Shown in pieces: positions 45,065-59,378 of a stretch of DNA of 64,000 nt. Numbering within the stretch: position 1 is the stretch's first letter; every line of letters begins with the position of its first letter. The notes below the pieces were generated by a model. That model made no database searches. It was not told the origin of the DNA and worked only from the letters and a program-made list of their open reading frames with translations. The DNA is from the human T2T-CHM13v2.0 reference genome, Homo sapiens: NCBI RefSeq assembly GCF_009914755.1, contig NC_060926.1; one strand, 5' to 3'. Both the position numbers and the translations under genes were made by a program.

Positions 45065-46544
45065 CTAAGGATTTACTTCAGTTACATACAAGAGCATATC
45101 TAGGTATAAAACATAAGTATAAATGTTTGTCTAACATACCAATTTCAAAATGAAAAAACAAAAAGGAGTAAACAACTTACCAGTGGTTTAATACATCAAA
45201 AAGTAGAACTGATGCATTTTTAGAATCATGTCTTCAGACTGATCAAGGACATCAAATTCTTTAAGACAGATGACTATTCTGGGGTGAATTTTAAAATGCA
45301 CTGTACATACCTCTGCAAACTAGACATAAAATGATAAGAAATTCTTGCTAACATTCCTAACGCTAACTTTCATGGGAACCAGACCTCTTGGGAAATATAG
45401 TCCTTTGGTGTAAATGCTTAAATACAGAGTTATGTGAGCTGTGCAGGCAATGAAATATGATGAGATTTACTTTTAGTTAGAACTTAACTGAGACTTAGAA
45501 TGATTCTGGAATGAGACTTCCAATGGTGAAAGATAAATGTCTAAATTTACTGTCCCTCTTAATCCTAAACTTTTTCCATAAATCCCCCCATTCCTCTTTA
45601 TTAATGTAGTACAAGAATAAAAGACAAATTGGTGAAACCATGATCTAAGAATTTGTTTGCAGTACCACTGATTATGCCATTTTTTAATTCAAATGACTTT
45701 AGTGGCTAAGGTTTAGGTCCCCCAAAATTCTCATTTTTTGAGGCTTTTGAAAGTTATTTGCATAATTGCAAATAACCTAAAATTATTCTTACAGACATAC
45801 AAAAAGTATTTTGTAAGTATTTACCAAGGGTGGGTGGTATTTCGCCTATTATAAAGAAATTTGTGTAATTTTAAAAAGTCTCCTTTTTCCTAATACAAAT
45901 TTATTTTTTCCTTCTCCTTCAGTGCTCAAAATAGAAAGATTTAAAAAAACCCACACGCTAAATCTAATTCTCTCATCATTTTCTTAAAGGCTACTGAAAG
46001 GTATTTTCAAATAGGAATAATCCAATTAGCAATGATGGTTCAATCCAAGAAAAAAAATTTAGTTTCTCAATAGGTACCCATGAAGAACTGTTTATGGGCT
46101 GGCCTACAAAACTACATAAAATTTAATTTATATGTAAGTTTATAATAAATACAAACGTATGCATGAGGGCTAGATTATTTATAAAATGTTATATGTTTAC
46201 AGAGGTCAAGACTTTTTTTCTTGTGTATCTTATAGCATATGGTATAGGCTAAAATTAGTGTAAACTTCAAACTACTACATTGTCACATTTATGGACCCTT
46301 CACCTCTACCATACTGGGAGTTTATCAAAGGTAGTATTCATTGCCTGTTTTATACTGGATCCTAAATACATTGCTGTTAAATGAAACTGCACAAATTGAA
46401 ATGTATGTGCTATGACTTCTTTCCCAAAATATGTTGTGAGATCCTTGAAGGTAGGCACATTTCTTTGTTTCTTTTTTTTTTTTTCCTTTACTTTTTGGTG
46501 CCTAGAACATGGTCAATTGATCAGCATACCCTAAGGATAGTGTA

Positions 46545-46872
46545 ACCATTGTTACAAATCACTGGTTCTGGCCCGGATCACAGACTTGCTTTCTTTGGAT
46601 CATGCAATGACTTTTAAGAACTAGAATTAGGTGCCAATACTTTTAACGTTGGGAAATTTTATATTTTTTAAACAGATCTAGATGTTTTGCTTTAATCCAA
46701 AAAATTGGTAGGTGCAGCCACAAAAGACCTACACTCACACATACCACCCTCCACTGAAGACGCTCCTGTCGAGGTGGGGAGAGCACACTCCACTTAGCAC
46801 AGTCTGCTACCAGGTTGTTTTGCTTATTTACATTACTTCCCTGGATCCTCTGGGGTTTGAATTTTCTACCAT
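46545..46872. mobile_element. Possible MER102-like hAT-Charlie relic
   Basis: tagaattaggtgccaatac...gggaaatttta; end tttgaattttctacc. Confidence 0.35.
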
Positions 46873-47134
46873 TTATCTTCTTTAAATATTAATTTTCATG
46901 AAGTGTTCTGGATATACTAGTCTCAGTGGATGCTCTAAGGAAAAAAGAAAAATCACAACAACAACAAACTTAACTAAACTTGTTTACCCAACATTTTCAG
47001 ACACTGTTGGCTGCAGAGGCCTTTAAAGATATGTAACAGATATGTAATGATACATAACAGAACTAGCAATTCATGGTACATATTTAATATTTATATCAGT
47101 AAGTTAAATGTTCTCACCCACTGAAAATATATGA

Positions 47135-47560
47135 CTTGTCTTGTCCAGGCTCCTTTAGTTTGAGGCAAAGTTTATATGCTAACATATTTTTGTGGAGCAA
47201 GAGGATGAAAAAGATTTGCAATCCCAGGGCAACAAGAGTATGGGTAAAAGGAGATTAAAACAGAGAAAGAGGAAACGCTATCCTAAGGTGGTACTCCACT
47301 AAGCCAGTCAGGCCTCGTAATGACACGTAGCTGAATGCTCAACAACACCAGGTACCACTGGACTGGCCATATGGAGCCATCATGCCTTAGAACAACCATT
47401 GCTGGTTCCTTGTTGCCTTCTGTCTCTCACTGACGAAAATTCCCTGCCTATTTTAAGTTAGTTAGCTGTCCCCTACAGGTAGACACTAGGAAAGCCATAC
47501 TCAGCCACAAGCATTAGGAGACGAGATTGCCAGTGACGCCTAAGAATCTTCAGTAGGCAA
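47135..47560 (-). mobile_element. Possible ERVL LTR (LTR33/LTR41-like)
   Basis: gaggcaaagtttatatgctaac; gcaatcccagggcaacaagagt. Confidence 0.4.
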
Positions 47561-48019
47561 ATGGTCCAGAAGGTAAGTAGGAAGTATCAAACCTGGAAGG
47601 TAGATAGAGTTTGATATACTCCTTAAAAGGTGATACTTCACTCTGAAAATTTAATGCAGCAAGAACAAAGCAGGAGTTTTCCAGTTTGTATCTGTTTCCA
47701 CTAAAATCATGGCATTTCTGCCTTCCAAGACTGGCTATCTTCCATTCTTACATGAAATCAAAAATATTGCAAATGTATTCACAATAATTATGTTTAAATG
47801 TACTTTATGTCAATAATGTGCAAATAAAGACTGTAGCTAAAACCTGCTTTCTTCCTTGGAAGACAATAATTGTTTAAAAAAAAATGAAGACAAAGTAAAA
47901 AATCCCATTTATACTCTCTGGGATCTAAGTTTGAAGAATTATAACAAATATACCATAATATTTTCTGCTAATGATGTAAAGAGCTTAAAATTATTGTTTC
48001 TTTAGAAAGAAAAGTTTCT

Positions 48020-48393
48020 ATGTGGTATACTTACACCATGGAATACTACGCAGCCATTAGAAGAATGAAATCATGTCTTTTGCAGTAACATAGATGGAGC
48101 TGGAGGACATTGTCCTAAGTGAAGTAACTCAGAAATAGAAAGCCAAATATTGCATGTTTGCACTTGTAAGTGGAGGCTAAACAATGGTTACACATGGACA
48201 TAAGATGGAATAATAAATACTGGAGACTCCAAAACAGGGAGACAAGGGACGAAAAGTTATTTATTAGGAACAATATTTACTCTTCGGGTGATGGGTACGC
48301 TAGAAGCCCAATTCCCACCAGTATGTGATATATCCATGTAACAAACATGCACATGTACCCACTGAATCTAAAATAAAATTAAATCTTTAAAAA
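48020..48393 (+). mobile_element. L1PB-type 3' end
   Basis: caccatggaatactac...actggagactccaaaa...gggtgatgggtac...atatccatgtaacaaacatgcacatgtaccc. Confidence 0.88.
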
Positions 48394-48544
48394 TAGAGAA
48401 TTCTCTTTCAGGATACTGGATATGAGGAGAGTATAAAGAAAGATTCAATTATTTCATTATTTGATAGACACATTTATTTTCCATTGCTTCATTTTTGTTT
48501 CTCCACTCTATATTCCTATGTTCATTTTTTTCACCTAGATATTA

Positions 48545-49570
48545 CCTTTTTCAAAAAATTCAGAGCAATTTTAGGTTTATAGCAAAATAGAGCAGAAAGT
48601 ACACAGAGTTCCCATATGACCCCTGTACACAGAGAAGCACGGCCTTGTCCACTACCAATATCTTACACAGAGTGGTAAATTTGTTACAATCAGCAGGCAT
48701 ACACGGACACATAATTATCACTCAAACTCATGGATATGACCTTTGATGTTGCATCTAAAATGTCATTCAATACAATAGCAAATACAAATAGCAAAGAATT
48801 CTCAGTCTCTCCACCTACAAACACTTCACACTTTATTTTTCTGCATTTTTGCATAGGAGATTTTCTCCTATGTTATAGTCTAAGAGTTTTACAGTTTACA
48901 TTTATGTGTAAAATCCCTTTAGAGTTAACTTTTGTAAAGGGTATAAGGTCTGTATCTAGATTCGTTTTTTATCATGTAGATACTGTATCCAGTTGTTCCA
49001 AGCACCATTTGTTGAAAAAACTACCTTTTCTTTGTTTCTTTGCCTTTGTTTCTTATCAAAGATCAGTTTACCTTATTTGCGTAGGTCTGTTTCTGAGCTA
49101 TCTATCCTGTTCCATGGATCTATTTGTGTATTCTTCTGCCCACTACCATACTGTCTTGATTACTGTAGCTTTACAGTAAGTTTTAAGGTTTGATAGTGTC
49201 AGTCCTTTGACTACTTTTCTCATTCAATATTGTGTTGCCTATTCTGGGCTTTTCTCCTCTTCATATAAACCTTAGAATCAATTTGTCAACATGTTCAAAA
49301 TATTTTGCTAGGATTTTGATTGTGATTGCATTAAATCCATGGACATGTTAGTAATACTGAGTCTTCCTATCCATGAACATGAAACATCTCTTAATTTATT
49401 TTGTTCTTCTTTAATACCTTTCATCAGAGTGTTGCAATTTTCTTCATATATATTTTGTACTTATTCTGTATATGTATTTGTGGAATTCCTAAGTATTTCA
49501 TTTTGGAGGGTGCTAATGTAAATGATACTGTATTTAAAATTTCTAATTTCAGCTGTTCAACTTTGGTATG
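48545..49570 (-). mobile_element. L1MC-type 3' end and ORF2 fragment
   Basis: gagcagaaagtacacagagttcccatat; ccagttgttccaagcaccatttgttgaaaa; ccatactgtcttgattactgtagcttt. Confidence 0.8.
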
Positions 49571-50762
49571 AATGCTTACTTAAAATTCACAATACTGTAA
49601 GGTGAGTTTTATTATATTTTTGATACACATGAAGCCACTGAGTCTTATAGAAGCTAAGTAATTTGGTCTTGGTCGCATCAACAGTTAAGTAGCAAACGGA
49701 ATTTGACCCCAAAACTTTCTGGCTTCAAAGTTCTCCCCCACCTCTATGACTCACAGCCTTCGGTGATCACAGTAATCTACACACAGCTATCACACATTTG
49801 ATGGAAAATTATAAATATTGCACAACTATAGTAATGTGGACATCTTCAGTTCCTGAGTCTCTTCAGGGACAAGATTTAATATAAAATGGTTGTTGATAAC
49901 ATAGTTTACAGTCTCTTCACCTGTTCTTCTGCTCTCAGGTGAGTTTGCCCAAGCAAAGGTCAAGTTTGAAGTCCCTAAGCATTTTACGTGCTTTGATAAG
50001 GCAGAGACTGAAGTTATATTTTCCTAGTCCTCTTTGAATATGACCTCAGAATATAACCGTGCCACAAAATATTCCAGAAAGCATGTCATTTGGAGAATTA
50101 AAGATGGCTTTGCTTTCCCCAAACTTCACTGAAATTAAGACAATTTTAATGAATTTTCAAAGACTGAGCAAGATATTTTTGGCAACATTACTTCTTACCT
50201 GGGACATTCAGAAAATATGTAAACTCTCAGTGTTCTGTTGAAAACATGCAACAATTATTCTGTAAATGTTCCCAACACTTTACATATATATATAAAAGAC
50301 AATTTTATTGTGCTTTCTTCATGCAGCTGCCTTCTCTTCTCATTTCATTAGTCTTAGAGTTTTCCTACATCGCAACAAATACTTGTATCCATCCATAAAT
50401 AAATTCAGGCTGTTTAGGTAAATGAAATTACAACATGTAAATATTGTTTTACATTTATTTATTCAGAAGAAGCAATTGTACAAACAGAAAAGTTGGAGTA
50501 GTGAATCATCCACCTTATAATGCCATCCAAGATAGCACTGGTATTCCAGTGGTAGCAAATACCTGGGTATTCCCAAACTTGTCTTGAATACTTATGCCAT
50601 CTCTTGGTATAAATGAAGCTTTTCTTTTTCAAGTTTTCCTTTCACTCTACATATACTTCAAGCACACCATTTGTATCAGTGGCTTCAAGTCTCAACTGAA
50701 ATATAGATTCTAAATATTGACCATTGCCAAATCTATGTCTCTAGCACAGAACTCAAAAGTTT

Positions 50763-51129
50763 TGGAATACTATGCAGCCACAAAAAAGGATGAGTTCCTG
50801 ATCTGTGGAGGGACATGGATGAAGCTGGAAACCATCATTCTCAGCAAACTAACACAAGAACAGAAAACCAAACACCGTATGTTCTCACTCATAAGTGGGA
50901 GTTTAACAATGAGAAAACATGGACACAGGGAAGGGAACATCACACACAGGGGCCTGTCAGAGGGTAGGGGGTTAGGGGAGGGATAGCATTAGGAGAAATA
51001 CCTAATGTAAATGATGGGTTGATGGATGCAGCAAACCACCATGGCACATGTATACCTATGTAACAAACCTGCACGTTCTGAACATGTATCCAAGAACTTA
51101 AAGTATAATTTAAAAAATAAAATAAATAA
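50763..51129 (+). mobile_element. L1PA6/7-type 3' end
   Basis: tggaatactatgcagcc...ggagggatagcattaggagaaatacctaatgta...aacttaaagtataat plus A-rich tail. Confidence 0.92.
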
Positions 51130-51634
51130 GAATTACTCACCCATTAAAAAAAAAGATAATGTATTTTCCAGTGTGCTTTACTTTTATTTTCTTAGGCTCT
51201 AGTTTTACATTTCCATTTAGCTTTATTTTCTCTCTTTTTCTTTTTGACCTCTCAGAGGATGCTACACTATAATTTCATGGGTATTCCCTATACATATTCA
51301 GTTGGTCCCTACTTGTCTCTGTTCTCCCAGGGACTTAGTCTTTGCACTGATGTCTTCACTTCAGCTTGCATTTACTCTATTCTCAATGGCTGACTCTTCT
51401 TTCATCACACCTGAAGGCTTTTTCTCCTTCTATCTGACACACAAAAAACTCCATTTTTATATGACTTTAAAAATTTTTTCCATTATAATCTAAATTTCTT
51501 GTAATTATATGTTTTAATAAATCTTATTTTATGAAGATCTAATTTCTGACTTCATCTTCCTTTATAAAATATACTAGATGACTGTAACATATATGTTAAC
51601 ATTTTTCTAGTACTTACCAATAGAAACCATTACA

Positions 51635-51837
51635 TTGTTTTGTATATGCATTAACTCAGTTAATCCCATTTCAACACTATATTTGGCAGATATTATTACC
51701 TCAATTTTAGAAATGGAGAAATTTAAATATACAAAGTTAACTAACTTGTACCAGGTCACACCAATAGAAAGTGCAGGTTTTAAATCCAGGCTATCTGATT
51801 CCTGAGTCTGTCCTCTTTACCTCTATGCTATATTGCT
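51635..51837 (-). mobile_element. MIR
   Basis: attttagaaatggagaaa...aagttaactaacttgtaccaggtcacac...aatccaggctatctgattcc. Confidence 0.7.
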
Positions 51838-52149
51838 TTGTTATTAGGTAAATATGAAGCATTCATTTAGAGATAATTGTGGCTTCTATGACATAATAAA
51901 AAAACTGAATAGGTTACTATAAAAAATAATGGGTTTTGAAATTAAAAACCCTTTTGTCAAAATACCAGTTTTATTTAGTAGCAGTGTGACCTTGAACAGT
52001 TCATTCCATCAGAAAACAATACCGAACATTTAAGAATTAAAAAGCTGAAAAATAAAAGGGGGTGGGAAGGTAATCCCAAAGGATATGAAAGTCATAAAGA
52101 AAACAAAAGAAAACTCAAAATTTGTATTATACAATTTAAAAGAGCTCTA

Positions 52150-52760
52150 AAAAAACACATACATAAAACAAGAACAGATTACTGTAAGAAGTTTCTGAGA
52201 ATTAAATACATAATTATCAAAGTTTCAAAAGTAATAATAATTAATAGAATGCATAATACATGTAGCTGAAGTCTGAGTTTGTGAACTGGAAGATGGACAG
52301 AGAAGAATTCTTGAGGCAAGTGTAAAATTTCAAGCCTGATACTGAACACAGTGGAAGTAGCGTCTTTAGAGAGAAAAAGAGAAGCAAATATCCTTGAACA
52401 AATACTGATGTCTAAAAACAAAAACAACAACAACAACAAAAAAACGGGCCACTCTACATTTAGCGAAAAAACTGGGGAAGAGTATTTCTTACTAAACGAT
52501 CTTAATGAAATTTAAGAATACTAAGAATCAAGAGGAAAATTCTCCAAACCTCCAGAAAGAAAACAGGGATAACCTACAAATCAGTAGGATCAGATTTCCA
52601 TACACTTGCACATATGAATCTATAGAATAATGATCACAAAAATCTGAAGGAAAGGATTTTAAAATCTTATTTTTAGAATCAACAGACCTATTTTTAAATA
52701 CTGTTACACATTTTTAAAATATGCAAATTCAGAAATTATGTTATTCACATAAACCTAGAA
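52150..52760 (+). mobile_element. Possible very old L1/HAL1 ORF1-like relic
   Basis: A-rich, gaggaaaattctccaaacctccagaaag...acctacaaa...atcagattt motif. Confidence 0.35.
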
Positions 52761-55605
52761 ACCATTTCTGAACAAAATAATTGCAGCAGTATATGCCAAC
52801 AAAATACAAAGTAATACCAAACACCAGAGCCACAGAATACAAGAAAAATGAATTAATATCTACTAATAAAATGTATAATTAATATAAGATAATTGTCGCT
52901 ATTATGATTGTATATGTTTTCTTTCAAATGGAGATTTCTGAAATAGAAGAAACACAATGGAAAACATTTATTAGCAATGTGAAAATAAAGTTGCAGAAGA
53001 TTTAAGGGAAGGGATGGGCAATAGTCAAGTTGAAGAAGAAGGTCTTGTCTTACTTGAAGAAAAGCCGTACCTACTGATTATTATATAGCCTTGATTTTTT
53101 CTATGTCTAAGAAAAGCAGAATGGTAGAATAAAAGTAAAACAATAATAAAATAGAAATAGAAAACTTTGACTCTAGTAACAGATATAAAACCAAACATAT
53201 CAGTTGCCAATTACAATGTTAGATAGACATTAGACAAAACATATCAATGACTATAATAAATGAATGTTTAAAATTTCTCCCCCTTACACATCTAAGACAT
53301 TCAGAAGGAATTTTCTTTAGTGCCCCATATAATTCTAACTTGCACATGTCTTACTTTATTCCTTTTTGTTATCCCTTGCCCCTTCATGGGCCCTAATTTC
53401 TTTAAGCATTAATAATGGAACATGATTGATGTGTTACTAAGAGGAAAATGTATACCCTTAAATTATTCAGTTCTAAATGGCCCAGGGGTCTAGACAATTG
53501 TGAAGGACCTTTTTCAGGGGAACAGATTAAGTCAGATTTTATTTAATAGTTTGTTACCATAATATATAATTTTTAAATATTTAGAGATATGATGTCTAGG
53601 TTTCTATCTCTACTCCCACTCTATACCCTCCTAATGTCACAGGTGGGCCTGTACTTAAGATTTACAAATGTGTTTGACAATGTTTTGCACATTATTTTTG
53701 TTGCATTCTCCTCTTTCTTCTAAGATTAATTTCTATTTTGATGATATTTATAATTAAGTGTTCCTCTAATGAAGGTTTGTGAAATGTAATCCTCCTCGGT
53801 CTAGGCCAGGGAATACCTTCATTTTGTTCTTATATTTGAATCATAAGTAGAAAATTCTGGGAGATGTTTACCTTCAGCATCCTCAAAATATAATTCTGAT
53901 ATTTTTATTATTTATTTTGTTGGTAATGAATCTGCCAAGAATCCAATGATTTTTCCTTATAGCCTATCTCTTGTTTCTTGCCTCTTTAACAATTTTTTTT
54001 TATTTTTCATGTTCTCAGTTCTCTATAATGCAACTTAGGTGCAAATTTATGTTTTTTATTCCACTCAACAAAAAATAATATCTTTCTTCAAACTGGAGAC
54101 TAGTAGCTTTTATTTGATTTTTGATGTTCAGTTTTTTGCAAGTAACTCAAATTACCTCCCAAGTACACCAAAGCAGGCCTATTGGATTTTTCTCCCAGTA
54201 TAAGCATTAGGGCCTAAGCTCAAAAACATCCAGAAGCAAAAACCCCCACGAGCTTCCTAGATTTAAAATTTGCTCACAGCTCTTCCGTTTAGGCCCTTCT
54301 TCTTATAAGGCAACCTGGAATTCTCTTTTCTGGGATTCAAATTCAGCTAAGTACATATTAGTTTCTGCTTGGTCCTACCTATCTACATATATATGGGGGA
54401 AGGGTATTAAGATCTTTCCTCATCAGTTTAACCAGTCTCCATTACTGATTCAAAAATTTTATCTCTCCTTCATTTGCTCACTAAGGTAATCTCAGTTTGG
54501 GAATAAAATTTTTGTTGATATATAAATAAACACTGGAAATTTCTTATTATTTCCTTATTACTTTTTTATCAAGAATTAAGTAGAGGAAAGAAGATATTTA
54601 TGCCATCCCTACATCTTTCCATCCCATTTTTAACGGTAAACCAAGGAAATCTACATGTTATCCTGTGAGTCACTCTGGTCATTATGTTCCATTTATGATA
54701 TCATCTAATAACGTCCTTCTCTCTTTTTGTATTTCCCTAAACCAAAAACTATATGTGAAATATCTCTTACCACAAAGATTTTTAGTACTCACACAATAAC
54801 AAAAACATGTGAGACTGGCAAGGTAGGGTGGCAGGGAGACCCTGTGTAAGAATAGTGTTATTTTTCACTTGGAATAGCGAAACTTATCCTTATTTCCAGG
54901 GATACCTGGAAGTCTGGTACTGATCCTTGGTCAGAAAAAAAATGAAGTGTAGATGCAATAGATAGTGATTATCATATCCGTTTTAAAGCTGGAAACACCA
55001 CTAGAGAAATCCTCTACTATTAATAGCTTGTCTACGTTCTTTGGGATATATAAATAAATGTTCTGTATTTGGTTTAAATGGTTTCCCAGCCTGTCTTTAG
55101 CTGTGTGATATGTAGGAAAAACTGATTGCTCTGTAGTTCTGTGGTTGGACTTCCTGGAAACTGATCTACCTCACACTGATCTGAGCATTTCAGAATCTGA
55201 ATGTGAAGCAAGTCCTTTGTGGCTGAGAAGGATCCTGAAGGGCTGCAGCTGTAAGTTTGATACATCTCTGTGACTTTCTGCTCCTTGTTTCTCCTGTTGA
55301 GTGTATACTTTACCTTCCTTAAAGACTTTATTCCATCTTATCCTGTGGAGTCTTGTGAGTCCTTTCAATTAACTGACCCAGTGTAATTGAGGCAGGTACA
55401 AATAAAATATGTAAAGTATCACTGTATTTATTAAAGACACTTTAAAAGGAAATTTCTAAATCTCTATCTCATTTTACAGATAGAGAAAATAAAGTAGAGA
55501 AGCTACATGATTTGTACCGTATTGTCATGTAAATTCTAAATTGCTGTGATTTTTTAATTATATGGAGGAATGGTTATTGAGTTAAAATTTGTAAGAATTG
55601 TGTTT

Positions 55606-58600
55606 CCAACAAAGATCAAAAAAGACAAAGAAAAGCATTATATAATGGTAAAGGGTTCAATTCAACAAGAAGATGTAACTATCCTAAATATATATGCACC
55701 AAACACAAGAGCACCCAGATTCATAAAGCAAGTTCTTAGAGACCTCCAAGGAGACCACAATAATAGTGGGAGATTTCAAAACTGCACTGATATTATTAGA
55801 TGAATCATCGAGGCAGAAAAGTAACAAAGATATTCAGGACCTGAACTTAGCACTGGAACAAATAGACCTAAAGACTTCTACAGAACTCTGCACCCAAATG
55901 CAACAGAATACACATCCTTACTACCACATGGCACATTCTCTAAAGTTGATTATATAATCAGAAGTAAAACACTCCTCAGCAAATGCAAAAGAACTGAAAT
56001 CGATAACAGACTCTTGGACCACAGCACAATCAAATTAGAAATCAAGACAAAGAAATTCACTCAAAACCATACAATTACATGGAGACTGAATAACCTTTTC
56101 CTCAAGACTTTTGGGTAAATGATGAAATTAAGGAAAAAATCAAGAATTTGTTTGAAACTAATGAGAACAAAGATACAACATACCAGAATTTCTGGGATGC
56201 AGCTAAGGCAGGGTTAAGAGGAAAATTTATAGCACTAAATGCCCACAACAAAAAGTTAGAAAGACCTCAAATTAACAACCTAACATCACAACTGAAAGAA
56301 CTAGAGAACCAAGAGCAAACCAATCCCAAAGCTACCAGAAGAGAAGAAATAACCAAAATCAGAGCTGAACTGAAGGCGATAGAGACATGAAAAACCATTC
56401 AACAGATCAACGAATTCAGGAGCTGGTTTTCTGAAAAAAATTAATAAAATAGACCAATAGCTAGATTCATAAAGAAGAAAAATAGATGATTCAAATAAAC
56501 ACAGTCAGAAATGATAAGGGGGATATTACCACTGACCCCATAGACATACAAACGACCATCAGAGAATATTACAAACACCTCTATGCATATAAACTAGAAA
56601 GTCTAGGAGAAATGGATAAATTTCAGGACACATATACCCTCCCAAGACTGAATTAGGAAGAAAATGAATCCCTGAACAGACCAATAACAAGCTCTGAAAT
56701 TGAGGCAGTAATAAATAGCCTACCAACCAAAAAGAGCTCAGGACTAGATAGATTCACAGCTGAATTCTACCAGATGTACAAAGAAGAGCTGGTACCATTT
56801 CTACAGAAACTATTCCAAAACAATTGAGAAGGAGGGACCCCTCCCTAACTCATTCTATGAGGCCAGCATCATCCCGATACCAAAACCTGGCAGAGATACA
56901 GCGGAAAACAAAGCTGCAGGCCAATATCCCTGATGAAACTCGATGCAAAAATTCTTAACAAAATACTGGTAAACCTTATCCACCACGACCAAGTAGGTTT
57001 TATCTCCAGGATGCAAGGTTGGTTCAGCATATGCAAATCAATAAATGTGATTCATGACATAAAGACAACTAAAGACAAAAACCACATGATTATCTCAATA
57101 GATAAGGAAAATATTTTTGATAAAATTCAACATCTCTTCATGTTAAAAACTCTCAATAAACTAGGAGTTGAGAATAATAAGAGCCATATACAATTGACAC
57201 ACAGCCAACATAATACTGAATGGACAAAAGCTGAAAGCATTCCCCTTGAAAACTGACACAAAACAAGGATGCCATCTCTCACAACTCCTATTCAAAATAG
57301 TATTGGAAGCCCTGGCTGCGGCACTCAAGCAAGAGAAAGAAATAAAGGACATTCAAATAGGAAGAGCGGGAGTCAAACTATCCCAATTTGCAGATGACAT
57401 GATCCTATATCTAGAAAACCCCATAGTCTCCACCCAAAAGATTCTAAAGTTGATAAACAATTTCAGCAGTTTCAGGATACAAAATTAATGTACAATTAAT
57501 GTACATCTCTATATACCAATAACATTCAAGCCAAGAGCTAAATCAGGAATGAACTCGCATTCACAACTGCCAAAAAAAGAATAAAATACCTAGAAGTACA
57601 GCTAACAAGGGAGGTGAAAGATCTCTACAAGGAAAACTACAAAACACTGCTCAAAGAAGTCAGAGGAAACCCAAACAAATGGAAAAACATTCCATGCTCA
57701 TGGATAGGAAGAATCAATATCATAAAAATAGACATACTACCCAAAGCAATTTATAGTTTCAGTGCTATTCCTATTAAATTACCATCCACATTCTTCATGG
57801 AACTAAGGAAAACTAGTTTAAAATTCCTAGGGAACCAAAAAAGAGCCTAAATAGCCAAGGCAATCCTAAGCAAAAAGCATGCAGCTGGAGGCAACATGCT
57901 ACCTGACTCCAAACTATACTAAAGGACTACAGTAATCAAAACAGCATGGTACTGGTACAAGAACAGACACATAGGCCAATGGAACAGAACAGAAAACCCA
58001 GAAATAACACTGCACACCTACAACTATCTGATCGTTGGCAAATCTGACAAAAACAAGCAATGGGGAAAAATTTCCTATTTAATAAGTGGTGCTGGGATAA
58101 CTGGCAAGCCATATGCAGAAGATTGAAACTGATCCCCTCCCTTACATCTTATACAAAAATTAACTCAAGATGGATTAAAACTTAAATGTATAACCCAAAA
58201 TCATAAAAATCTGGGAAGACAACCTAAGCAATACCATTTAGAATACATGGGCAAAGATTTTATGACAAAGATGCCAAAAGTAATTACAATAAAAGCAGAA
58301 ATTGACAAATGGGATCTAATCAAACTAAAGAGCTTCTGCACAGCAAAAGAGGCTATCAACAGAACGAACAGACAACCTACAGAATGGTAGAAAATTTTTG
58401 CAAACTACGCATCTGACAAAGGTCTAATATCCAGCGTCTATAAGGAATTTAAACAAATTTCTGCATTAGCTTGATAAGGATAATGGCTCCATCTATGTCC
58501 CTGTTTCTTCCCTACAAGAAAAAAAATACTCTATTAAAAAGTGTTCGAAGTACATGAACAGACCCTTTTCCAAAGAAGACACATATGGCCAACAAACATA

Positions 58601-59378
58601 TGAAAAAAAGCTGAATATCACTTATCATTAGAGAAATGCAAATAAAAACCACAATAAGATACCATCTAACACCAGTCAGAATAATTATTACTAAGAAGTC
58701 AAAAGATAATAAGCTGTTGAGGTTGTCGAGAAAAAGGAAGACTTATACAGTGTTGGTAGGAGTGTAAATTAGTTCAACCATTGTGGAAGACAGTGTGGCA
58801 ATTCCTTAAAGACCTAAATAAAGAAATACCATTTGACCCAGAAATCCCATTACTGGTTATAAACCCAAAAGAATATAAATCATTTTATTATAAAGACATA
58901 TGTACGTGTTTATTCCTTGCGGCACTATTCACAATAGCGCAGACATAGAATCAACGTAACTGCCCATCAATGGTAGGCTGGATAACGAAAATGTGGTACA
59001 TATACACCATGCATTACTATGCAGCTATAAGAAAGAACCAGATAGTGTCTCTTGCAGGGACATAGATGGAGCTGGAGACCTTTTTTTTTTTAGCAAGCTA
59101 ATGCACAAATAGAAAACCAAATACCAAATGTCCTCACTTATAAGTGGGAGCTAAATGATGAGAACACATGGACACATAAAGGGGAACAACACATACTGGA
59201 GCATATTGGATGGTGAAGGTGAGGGAGGGAGAGAATCAGGAAAAATAATAGGTACTGGGCTTAATGCCTGGGTGATAAAATAATCTGTACAACAAACCCT
59301 CATGACACAAGTTTATCTATGTAACAAACCTGCACATGTACCCCTGAACTTAAAATGAAAAGTAAAAAAAAAAAAAAA
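55606..59378 (+). mobile_element. 5'-truncated L1PA13-like element (most of ORF2 plus 3'UTR)
   Basis: ORF2 remnants (PTKIKKDKEKHYIMVKGSIQQ; [11 protein letters not shown]); 3' atcaggaaaaata...aaataatctgtacaacaaac...acccctgaacttaaaa plus A tail. Confidence 0.93.
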
